DNA of 64,000 nt. Origin: an uncultured Prevotellaceae bacterium (lineage in GTDB: Bacteria > Bacteroidota > Bacteroidia > Bacteroidales > Bacteroidaceae). Below, piece by piece: positions 39,856 to 47,844 of the stretch. The notes under the pieces are model-generated. The model ran no database searches and had not been told where the DNA came from. It worked only from the letters and a program-made list of their open reading frames with translations. Both the position numbers and the translations under genes were made by a program. The DNA lies in the NCBI GenBank assembly GCA_945833925.1, contig CAMAFX010000002.1:31036-95035 (forward strand). Reading direction: 5' to 3'. How positions within the stretch are numbered: position 1 is the first letter of the stretch; each line of letters opens with the position of its first letter.

Positions 39856-41391
39856 ATGAATTTAGACCTTACCGACGCTCAGTTGGCGGAGATATTGGAG
39901 AAGAACGAGATATTCCATCTCATCGGCGACACTGCCGATGAGATGGGTGTAGAGTGCTATGTCGTGGGCGGATTCGTGCGCGACATCTTCCTCGAACGTC
40001 CGTCCAAGGACATCGACGTGGTGGTGGTGGGCAGCGGCATAGCACTTGCCGAGGCTCTGACCGACAAGTTGCGCAGTATGCACCGTCGTTCGCACCTCAG
40101 TGTATTCCGCAATTTTGGCACTGCGCAGGTTAAGGCTGGTACTACCGAACTGGAGTTCGTGGGAGCGCGTCGCGAGAGCTATAGCCACAACTCGCGCAAG
40201 CCTGTCGTCGAGGACGGCACTCTCGAGGACGACCTCGACCGTCGCGACCTCACCATCAATGCGCTTGCCATCTGCCTCAACCGCAGCCGCTTCGGTGAAC
40301 TGGTGGACCGTTTCGACGGTCTTCTGGACATGGAGGACGGACTCATACGCACTCCGCTCGACCCCGACATCACCTTCTCCGACGATCCTCTGCGCATGCT
40401 GCGTGCCATCCGCTTTGCCACTCAGCTCAATTTCCAGATTGACGAGGAGACGTTCGAGGCACTGGAGCGCAACAAGGAACGCATCAGGATTATATCGCAG
40501 GAACGCATCATCGACGAGCTGAACAAGATAATGATGGCACCGCATCCCAGCAAGGGATGGGTCGAACTGAACCGGTGCGGTCTGCTGCCCATCATCTTCC
40601 CTCAGCTGGCGGCTCTGGAAGGGGTGGAGACTGTCAACGGACGTGCCCACAAGGACAATTTCTACCACACCCTCGAGGTGCTCGAGAATGTCGTTGCCGC
40701 ACCCGGCATTGCCTCTGCCGAGGAGAGCGAGTCGTGGAACAGCACGCACCCTTCCTTTGGCGGCATGGCTGGCAGGGTGCTGTGGCTTCGATGGGCAGCA
40801 CTCCTTCACGACATCGGCAAACCTCGTTCCAAGCGCTGGGAACCGCTGGTAGGCTGGACTTTCCACAACCACAACTTCATTGGCGAGAAGATGGTGCCCG
40901 AGATATTCCGCAATCTCAAACTCCCCATGGACGACCGCATGAAGTATGTGCGCAAGCTCGTGTCGCTGCATATGAGGCCCATCGTCATTGCCGACGAGGA
41001 GGTAACCGACAGTGCCGTGCGTCGTCTGCTCTTCGAGGCTGGCGACGACATCGACGACCTCATGACTCTCTGCGAGGCAGACATCACCAGCAGGAACCGC
41101 GAGAAGAAGGCTCGTTTCCTGGACAATTTCCGTCTTGTAAGGCAGAAACTGAAGGACCTGCAGGAGCGCGACAACTATCGCACATGGACAAACCCCATCA
41201 GCGGCGAAGAGATAATGCAGACCTTCGGTCTCGGTCCCTGTCGCGAGGTGGGCGACCTCAAGCAGCTCATCAAGGATGCCATCTGGGAGAGCCGCATCGA
41301 GAACAACCACGATGCCGCCTTCCGCTTCCTTCTCGAAGAGGCACGGAAGATGGGACTTTCGCCCGTTGCGGCTGACTTCCCGCATGAATGA
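39856..41391 (+). CDS. tRNA nucleotidyltransferase/poly(A) polymerase family protein with HD domain (CCA-adding-like)
   Basis: Start taken at MNLDLTDAQL (ATG 39856); the longer ORF from 39643 overlaps pepO. GGFVRDIFLERPSKDIDVVV is the nucleotidyltransferase motif, RDLTINAL is present, and LLHDIGKP marks the HD domain. Confidence 0.88.
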   Translation: MNLDLTDAQLAEILEKNEIFHLIGDTADEMGVECYVVGGFVRDIFLERPSKDIDVVVVGSGIALAEALTDKLRSMHRRSHLSVFRNFGTAQVKAGTTELEFVGARRESYSHNSRKPVVEDGTLEDDLDRRDLTINALAICLNRSRFGELVDRFDGLLDMEDGLIRTPLDPDITFSDDPLRMLRAIRFATQLNFQIDEETFEALERNKERIRIISQERIIDELNKIMMAPHPSKGWVELNRCGLLPIIFPQLAALEGVETVNGRAHKDNFYHTLEVLENVVAAPGIASAEESESWNSTHPSFGGMAGRVLWLRWAALLHDIGKPRSKRWEPLVGWTFHNHNFIGEKMVPEIFRNLKLPMDDRMKYVRKLVSLHMRPIVIADEEVTDSAVRRLLFEAGDDIDDLMTLCEADITSRNREKKARFLDNFRLVRQKLKDLQERDNYRTWTNPISGEEIMQTFGLGPCREVGDLKQLIKDAIWESRIENNHDAAFRFLLEEARKMGLSPVAADFPHE

Positions 41392-41448
41392 TGCTCTGTT
41401 TTAGGCAGTATTTTCCCTTCCGCTCCTATTGATTTTTATATATTGATA

Positions 41449-41556
41449 AGAAATTTTTCACGCTCTTACGGACGTGAAAAATTTTTTTTTCGCTGCAGAA
41501 AAAATTTTTCTCCGCTGCGTAAAAAAAATTTTTCCGTACCGAGAAAAAATTTTCTC
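41449..41556. repeat. array of five A-tract/T-tract palindromes (GAAAAAATTTTTC-like) spaced ~20-26 bp apart
   Basis: Read directly: agAAATTTTTc, gtgAAAAATTTTTTTTTc, cagAAAAAATTTTTct, gtAAAAAAAATTTTTcc, gagAAAAAATTTTctc. The direct repeat CGCTGC flanks the third unit. Confidence 0.85.
41451..41490 (+). terminator. intrinsic terminator candidate after the CCA-like gene
   Basis: Stem AAATTTTTCACG / CGTGAAAAATTT (41451-62 / 41473-84), a 10-nt loop and then a T-run. Confidence 0.5.
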
Positions 41557-41603
41557 CACTCGTGTCATGGTTTGCTCTGTACACGCTGAAAGTTGAGACC
41601 CAG

Positions 41604-41655
41604 AACAAGCGCACGAATACTAAAGGCGTCATCCTTTAGTATTCGTGCGCTTGTT
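41604..41655. terminator. perfect 23-bp hairpin between convergent genes (bidirectional terminator candidate)
   Basis: AACAAGCGCACGAATACTAAAGG - cgtcat - CCTTTAGTATTCGTGCGCTTGTT. There is no adjacent T-run on either strand. Confidence 0.6.
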
Positions 41656-41680
41656 GTATTATCGTTGATGAAGCAACGAA

Positions 41681-44600
41681 TCACTTGCCGCATCCGCACA
41701 GATGCAGGATGAGTTCGGTGAGGTCGGAGAGGGTGACTGTGCCGTTGTTGTTGGCATCTGCGCTACGGAAGTTGTAGATGCCGTTGGCAGGCTTGCCCTC
41801 GAGCACCGAGTGCTCGGTAATCTGCCTGACGATGATGGTGGCGAGAGCCTCGGCATCCGACTTGGCCACCTGCTTGTCGCAGTTCACGTCGCCATAGAGC
41901 GAGACGAGGTCGAGCGACCAGTTGGCACCGCCGTCTGTGGCGTCGTAGAACTTGATGTCATTGCCTGCACCGCCGTGCATGTTCCACGACTGACCGGTGT
42001 TGGTGGTGGGGACGATGAGAAAGGTTCCCTCGCTGGCATGCTCAACAAGCCTGAAGGTAGTGTTCCTGCCTGGCACCACCGCACTGCCGCTGGTGTTGGC
42101 GCTGTAGCCGAGAGCCTTGCCGTCGGCAGTTCCATACACCTTATTATATATATAGAAGGACTCTGGCGTACCGACCAGGGCAAAGAGTTCGGCATCGCTG
42201 TGGTTGGCGTCGACATGGCTGCCGACAGTGGTGGCAGAACTGCTCGACACGTAGGCGGTGTAGTTGCTGGCACGCACGTTGCGCAGACCTACCCACGAGA
42301 TGTGACCTTTTCTACGCTCGTCGTCGGTGTTGAAGTATTTCAGGTATTCATCCTTTGTGGGGTGCTCGACGGGTTCCAGTTGGAACTTGCCGTTTGTTGC
42401 CTCGTAGATGCTGATGGGGCGGTAAACCTCGGCATAGCCGAAGGTGTTTTTCCATGTAGGTGCCTCCTCGTAGAGGAATGCGATGCGTCCGTCCTGCTGC
42501 TGAATCATGGTGCTGTATGCCGACTCGACGGTGCTTACAGTCATTCCCTTGGTCCAGTTTGTTGCTATCGAAGCGGCTGTCTGCTGTGTAGCCTCGTCAA
42601 TCTCCTTGAAGTAGATGCCCACGTCGCGGCGCGAACCGTTGTTGCAGGGTACGCTCTGCAGCAGCACCTTTGTCTTCTTGCCGTCGTAGGTCTTGTAGGC
42701 GTCAAGGATGATGATTTCGCCGTTGCAGTCGGCAGCAGTGATGCCGCTCGAGTTGGTCTGGCTGCCCCAGGTGCCGCTGGTCTTGTCGTTGGCAAAATCG
42801 TTGAAGTGGAACACGTTGAAGTAGCGTCCGCTGCCCTTGCGGCTGCTCAGCATGATGTCGCCGTTGGGCAGTTCCTCGACCTTGGGTTCGTTGCCGTTGG
42901 GCGCGCATGATGTGTAGTTGGCGTCGGTGCCGAGAATCTGCCATGTCTCGCCGAAGTTGTCGGAGTAGACCACGTAGTTGCCGTTGCAGTTGCTGCCGCG
43001 CGAAAGGATTGCCGCATACAGACGGTAGTAGTCGCTGCCGGCAACCTTGACCTTCTTGCTCTGCACGATGCGTCCCGAACCGAAGAAGAGGGCGTACGAG
43101 CCGGGCAGGAGCGACGACTCGGTGCCGAGGAACTGGCTGGTGACGTTCTGCACAGTCCAGTGTCTGCCGTAGTCCTCGCTGACGATGCGTGCCACGCATG
43201 GGTGGGTGGTGGCATTGGCGTTGATGTAGCGCACCTTACCGCTCACACACATGATGACCACCTTGCCGCTCTCGCTGTCAGCCACTACTGCTGCATCGCC
43301 GAAACCGCATCCAAAGTAAGGGTAGGCAGAAGAGTTGCCGTCGCCGTCGGCAATCATCATCTCGTCGGACCACTGCTTGCCGTCGGGAGTACCGATGCGT
43401 CCAACGATGTCAACCTCGCCCATGCCGATGTCGTCGCCACAGGTGCGGTAGTCTATCACTGCAAGGAGTTCGTTGTTGCTCATCCTGGCAATGGCAGGGA
43501 TGCGGTAGGGGTGTCCGTTCTTGGTGGTGTACCATAGGTACTGGCTCTCCTCGTCGAGGCGTGGAGTATAGGTGACGGTGAAGGCGAGCGTGTCGCTCTG
43601 GCTGCGCTCTACCTGCGGCGTGTTCCATCCGTGGTAGCGGAGTTTCTCGCTGACGGTGATGGGCTGACCGGGATTGACGAGGTAGGTGATAGTCCTGCCG
43701 TTGTCTGTCGCCTCGGGTATGGCAACCGCTGTGCTGCCCGAAGATATGTTCAGTTCGCCCAGTCGGTAGTTGTTCTGCTGGAATGTGGTAGTGCCGTCGA
43801 CACGGTATGTCACGCTGACGCGACGTGGCATCTGTTCCTCGGGAACCTCCTCGATGAGGTAGCGGCATCCGGCTGCGTCCACAGCACTGGTTCCGTTAGC
43901 CCATCCCCAGTTGTAGACGGCTGTCTGGGTGGTCTGGTGCAGCATGTTGTTCTGCGAACCGACGGTTGTGGTGATGAGGAAATATCCGATGGTGGCAGAC
44001 GGAGTGAGTGTCCATCCGTTGTCAGGACGTTCGGTCGATGGTACGAGTGTCTTGTTGTACTCGCCGATGGGAGTGAGGTAAGTGCCGTCGGCAAAGTTCT
44101 GTATGTCGTAGGTGCCGTCGGCGCGGAGGGTGAAGCTCCATATAGACTGAGGGGTGGCTGCTGCCACGCCGATCATGCCGTTGCCGGCACCGTTGCTGCT
44201 GGCATACTTGCTGCCGCGGTCATCCTTCAGGGTGTAGTATGTAGCCTTTGCGCTCGTGGTGGCTGTAGGACGGATGATGGACGACGAGTTGAGTGCAGCA
44301 ACACTGCTCTTGAGAGCGTTGAGCGCATTGGTGATCTGTGTCTTCTGCTGGGTGCGCTGTGCCGTTGTGTAGTCGGGGGCACCCAGTGTGGCGTTCATCT
44401 GTTCTGCCATATTTACCAATTCGTCAGCCATTGACGAAGGGTAGAAGCCCACCTTGCCGTTGCAGTTGGCGTCGACGTAGCCCAGTGCCTGCTGGATGAC
44501 AGCCGAGAGGCTCTCGGCATCCTCGTTGATGCACTTGGTAGGCGAGTAGATAAGGTCGTCGACGGCATTGCGTCCGCTGGTGTCGGTGAAGACGAAGGTG

Positions 44601-47600
44601 AACTGCCACTTGCTGCCGTAGGCACCGGGGTTGGTACCTGTGTATGGCAGTTTCAGCAGAACCTTGTTCCATCCCTTGTTGAGGTGTACGGAGAGAGGTG
44701 TGCGTGCCGTGAAGTTGACGTTGCCGAGGTCGGTCTCCTCGCCGCTGCCCTTGGTAGTCCAGTTGACGTTGGGCACGAGTTCGGTGTCGTTGACCCAGAT
44801 GCGGCTGCCGCGGTTGTCCCACTTGCCGTTGGCTGGAGCAGAGCCTATCTGCGAGCGGCTGTAGTTGTATGTCTCGACCTGAGCACCCACGGTGCGCTCG
44901 GTTGGCGAGTAGACGTAGGTCCAGGCATATCGTGTCTGGTTCTGCGCCTGTGCAGCCTTGCCGAGCACTCCAGCCACGGTGCCTGCCCAGATGTGGTTGA
45001 GCCAGATGCCTGCACCGGTGGCGGTGATGCTGCCGGCTTCGGGCACGAGTTGCTCTGCCTGTTCGGGTGCGAAGCTCTTTGTCCCGTCGCCTCCGTTGTC
45101 GTATCTCTTGGTTATGTTCCAGCGTATGTTGGTCTGCTTGACGTAAGGAATCTTGTCGATGGCGGGAAGCAGAGTGGTGCCCTTGTGGAAGAGGAAACGC
45201 TCCTCCCAGTCCTTGAACTCATCGTACTCAGCTCCCTCGTTGGGCAGGTATGCACCGCCCTCAGCCTGGTCGGTGTAGTGCAGACCGCCGCCCTTCCATC
45301 CGCGCTCGGCTGTGGCGAGGGCATTGGCATAGAGGTTGTTCTCCTTGACGATGAGTTCCTCCTCGGGAATGAGGCGGTCGTTCCAGATGCCGGTGATGCT
45401 GCCAGCCACGTCGGTGTTGCCCTTCTGCACGCCGAAGATATTGCTGCGGTAGATGCCTGCCAGGTCGCCGAACATATCGAAGTGGTTGATGTAGTTGTAG
45501 CGCATGTCGATGTTGGGAATGCCGTGCGAGATGACGCCGCTGGTTGCCCAGTTGGTGCTCATGTCGACATGCAGCGTGGATGGGTTGACCGACTGTCGGT
45601 TGGCATTGCCGCCGAACTGGTTCCACACTACCACCCTGCGGTCGAGCGTAGAGTGTATGTAGTCTGCCATCTCGTTGATGTAGTCGATGGTGGCATCGTT
45701 GGTCTCGTCGCCTCCGATGTGTATGTACGGGCAGAACTCAAACACCTGTGCCACCTCGACGAGGATGTCCTTGAGGATGGCTTTGCCCTCGGCGCTTGCC
45801 ATGGTGCATCCCATGGCGCCCTCGAAGCGTGCCGAGTGTCCGGGCATGTCAATTTCAGGGATGACTATCATACCGCGTTCGCGGGCGTAGTTCATAACGT
45901 CGCGACATTCCTGCTGCGTGTAGTAGCGGTCGGAACGCGTGGGCGAGAAGTTGGTGTTGACGTTGGGGTGGGCGAGACTCTGGAAGCGGAAACCATGCTT
46001 GTCGGTGAGGTGCCACAGGAAGACGTTCTCCTTGAAGCGGCTCAGCAGGTCTATCTCCTCCTTCAGTTCGGCAACGCTGATGTAGCTGCGACCGATGTCG
46101 TGCATCAGACCGCGCACCTTGAATGCAGCCCAGTCTACAATCTCGCAACCGGGCAGCGTGCTGTTCTCGGCAGCCATCTGACCGAGGGTCTGCATGGCGC
46201 GAACCACACCGATGGTGTCGATGGCACTGACCGTGATGGTGTTGTTGTCTATCTTGATGGCATACGACTCGTTGCCGAAGCCCTCCACCGTGTAGTCTTC
46301 AGTGCCGCTGATGGCACCCACGTAGTTGACGGCAAGAGTGATGCCGCCGCTGCCCTCGCTGCATCCGGCTTCGCTGACGAAGCGCTTCACTGCCGACGGT
46401 ACAGGCTGGCTGCCGTTGGTGGTGATGCTGATGTTGCCTCCGAGGCTGACACTGCTGCCACAGAGGTTGACGCTGCGAGGCTGTGGCATGAGGTGTCCCA
46501 GGTTGGCGTGGCTGAGGTTGAGGGTGTAGCTTAGCGTCTCGCCCTCGGGGGTGGTGGGCTTGAGTGCGTTGAGGTCGGTAAAGACAAGTTTCGTTCCGTT
46601 GTGTGCGCCCCATGTTCCGACAATCTGCTCGGAGGCTGTACCACTGCTGTTGACGGAGAGATACTTGCCGGTGGCAAGCTTGAAACCGTTGCTGTCGTAG
46701 GTCAGCTGACTTGCCTCGCTGCCGAGCGTCACGATGCCGTCATTGTGCGAGTTGCCAGCCGAGGTAGAGTGGATGTATGTGTTTGTCGAGGCGTTCCTGA
46801 TGGTGAAGGTGAACGCACCCGTCGTGCTCATCGATGGATAGATGCACCACGCGAAGGCTGTGGTGGTGGGCTGGGTGTTCTTGGTGACGCGCACCCCATT
46901 GCCCGATGCGTAGTAATAGAATGTCGTTCCGTTGAAGGCTGATATGCCGACGTAGTTTTCGGCAGTGCCTGCCTTGCTGACAGGGAAGGGGAAGGTGACG
47001 GTGGCTGTGTAGGTGTTGCCGTTCCACGAACCGCTGCCAAGTGTTGCGCCGGTGATGCTGGGCATTGTGCTGCCGGCTTGTCCGTAGGCTGTGTAGGTGT
47101 AACTGTTGCCCGCATTGTCGTTGAGAACGTAGGTCAATTCGCTGGCATCCTCAAAGGTAACGGGGTAGAAGTAGTAGGTGCTGTTGCTCTCGGCTGCCGT
47201 CCATGTCACGGGATTCGCGGGTTTGCCGTTCATGTAGTAGGTGGTGCCGCTCGAGGCATCGGAGATGTACCAGCCGTTGCTGCCCTGGCTGCTGGCGCGC
47301 AGGGTCACCGTGGTGCCGCTGGCGCTGGTGCGTAGCTGCTGGTTGTTGTCGGTGGGGAATGTCAGGTAGTTGCCCGAAGCGTAGAAGCGCACCTTGGCGG
47401 TGGTGGTGCCATCGGTGGTGGTGAGCTGGTCGAGGCTGACAACGTATGTGTTGCCGGTCATCGGTGTTCCGCTGGGATTGGTCGTACTGCCGTCAACGTA
47501 ACCGCTGTTCTCGCGTGCAAAGTAGTTGCGGCCGAAGTTCTTCATCACATAGTACTGCGTCTCGCCCTGCGAATCGGTCATGCTGAGGGCAGAAGCCTGT

Positions 47601-47698
47601 GTGCTGCTTACGACGATGGTCTTGGCTGCAACGTCAGCCTGCATCTGAGTGGCAAGCGAGAGCAGCATGGCTAATAGTAGTAGAAGGTGTTTCTTCAT
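41681..47698 (-). CDS. 2005-aa secreted multidomain glycosidase: lectin-like modules + GH20 beta-N-acetylhexosaminidase + GH33 sialidase + C-terminal dockerin
   Basis: Signal peptide MKKHLLLLLAMLLSLATQMQA. GH20 catalytic motif YIHIGGDE. Sialidase motif YRIPAIA plus Asp-boxes SEDYGRHW and SDNFGETW. Dockerin repeats lie at the C-terminus. Confidence 0.85.
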   Translation of the reverse strand: MKKHLLLLLAMLLSLATQMQADVAAKTIVVSSTQASALSMTDSQGETQYYVMKNFGRNYFARENSGYVDGSTTNPSGTPMTGNTYVVSLDQLTTTDGTTTAKVRFYASGNYLTFPTDNNQQLRTSASGTTVTLRASSQGSNGWYISDASSGTTYYMNGKPANPVTWTAAESNSTYYFYPVTFEDASELTYVLNDNAGNSYTYTAYGQAGSTMPSITGATLGSGSWNGNTYTATVTFPFPVSKAGTAENYVGISAFNGTTFYYYASGNGVRVTKNTQPTTTAFAWCIYPSMSTTGAFTFTIRNASTNTYIHSTSAGNSHNDGIVTLGSEASQLTYDSNGFKLATGKYLSVNSSGTASEQIVGTWGAHNGTKLVFTDLNALKPTTPEGETLSYTLNLSHANLGHLMPQPRSVNLCGSSVSLGGNISITTNGSQPVPSAVKRFVSEAGCSEGSGGITLAVNYVGAISGTEDYTVEGFGNESYAIKIDNNTITVSAIDTIGVVRAMQTLGQMAAENSTLPGCEIVDWAAFKVRGLMHDIGRSYISVAELKEEIDLLSRFKENVFLWHLTDKHGFRFQSLAHPNVNTNFSPTRSDRYYTQQECRDVMNYARERGMIVIPEIDMPGHSARFEGAMGCTMASAEGKAILKDILVEVAQVFEFCPYIHIGGDETNDATIDYINEMADYIHSTLDRRVVVWNQFGGNANRQSVNPSTLHVDMSTNWATSGVISHGIPNIDMRYNYINHFDMFGDLAGIYRSNIFGVQKGNTDVAGSITGIWNDRLIPEEELIVKENNLYANALATAERGWKGGGLHYTDQAEGGAYLPNEGAEYDEFKDWEERFLFHKGTTLLPAIDKIPYVKQTNIRWNITKRYDNGGDGTKSFAPEQAEQLVPEAGSITATGAGIWLNHIWAGTVAGVLGKAAQAQNQTRYAWTYVYSPTERTVGAQVETYNYSRSQIGSAPANGKWDNRGSRIWVNDTELVPNVNWTTKGSGEETDLGNVNFTARTPLSVHLNKGWNKVLLKLPYTGTNPGAYGSKWQFTFVFTDTSGRNAVDDLIYSPTKCINEDAESLSAVIQQALGYVDANCNGKVGFYPSSMADELVNMAEQMNATLGAPDYTTAQRTQQKTQITNALNALKSSVAALNSSSIIRPTATTSAKATYYTLKDDRGSKYASSNGAGNGMIGVAAATPQSIWSFTLRADGTYDIQNFADGTYLTPIGEYNKTLVPSTERPDNGWTLTPSATIGYFLITTTVGSQNNMLHQTTQTAVYNWGWANGTSAVDAAGCRYLIEEVPEEQMPRRVSVTYRVDGTTTFQQNNYRLGELNISSGSTAVAIPEATDNGRTITYLVNPGQPITVSEKLRYHGWNTPQVERSQSDTLAFTVTYTPRLDEESQYLWYTTKNGHPYRIPAIARMSNNELLAVIDYRTCGDDIGMGEVDIVGRIGTPDGKQWSDEMMIADGDGNSSAYPYFGCGFGDAAVVADSESGKVVIMCVSGKVRYINANATTHPCVARIVSEDYGRHWTVQNVTSQFLGTESSLLPGSYALFFGSGRIVQSKKVKVAGSDYYRLYAAILSRGSNCNGNYVVYSDNFGETWQILGTDANYTSCAPNGNEPKVEELPNGDIMLSSRKGSGRYFNVFHFNDFANDKTSGTWGSQTNSSGITAADCNGEIIILDAYKTYDGKKTKVLLQSVPCNNGSRRDVGIYFKEIDEATQQTAASIATNWTKGMTVSTVESAYSTMIQQQDGRIAFLYEEAPTWKNTFGYAEVYRPISIYEATNGKFQLEPVEHPTKDEYLKYFNTDDERRKGHISWVGLRNVRASNYTAYVSSSSATTVGSHVDANHSDAELFALVGTPESFYIYNKVYGTADGKALGYSANTSGSAVVPGRNTTFRLVEHASEGTFLIVPTTNTGQSWNMHGGAGNDIKFYDATDGGANWSLDLVSLYGDVNCDKQVAKSDAEALATIIVRQITEHSVLEGKPANGIYNFRSADANNNGTVTLSDLTELILHLCGCGK
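41699..41893 (-). other. type I dockerin-like module (aa ~1936-2000)
   Basis: Two EF-hand-like repeats: GDVNCDKQVAKSDAEALATIIV and ADANNNGTVTLSDLTELILHL. Confidence 0.65.
42419..43546 (-). other. GH33 sialidase beta-propeller region (approx. aa 1385-1760)
   Basis: YRIPAIA (the Y codon is at 43505-43507, aa 1398). BNR/Asp-box motifs SxDxGxxW occur twice. Confidence 0.7.
45269..46141 (-). other. GH20 catalytic domain region (approx. aa 520-810 of the giant ORF)
   Basis: VRGLMHDIGRSY..., IPEIDMPGHS and HIGGDE. The HIGGDE codons are at nt 45704-45721 (aa 660-665). Confidence 0.75.
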
Positions 47699-47808
47699 GT
47701 TTAATGATGTTTTTGTCTGTTATTAATTGATGCTTCACAGGTTCCCACCTGTCTGGTTCCTATGGAGCAGAAGGTGAACCGTGGAACTTACGATCAGTTA
47801 GTTCTGCG

Positions 47809-47816
47809 CAAATGTA
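47809..47816 (-). promoter_or_regulatory. -7 promoter box TACATTTG for the giant glycosidase gene
   Basis: Plus-strand CAAATGTA lies ~110 nt upstream of the ATG at 47698, implying a ~100-nt leader. Confidence 0.35.
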
Positions 47817-47844
47817 CTCTTTCTCTTTGTTTCCGGTCTTCCTC

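Noticed and set aside
41449-41556. Possible CRISPR array or minisatellite.
   Set aside because: Units are ~13 nt with ~10-nt gaps, far shorter than CRISPR repeats and spacers. No cas genes are in the window.
41426-41632. 68-aa minus-strand ORF with repeating KNFF peptides.
   Set aside because: The periodic peptide simply mirrors the A/T-palindrome DNA repeats. It lies between two convergent terminator structures with no promoter box, so I treat it as non-coding.
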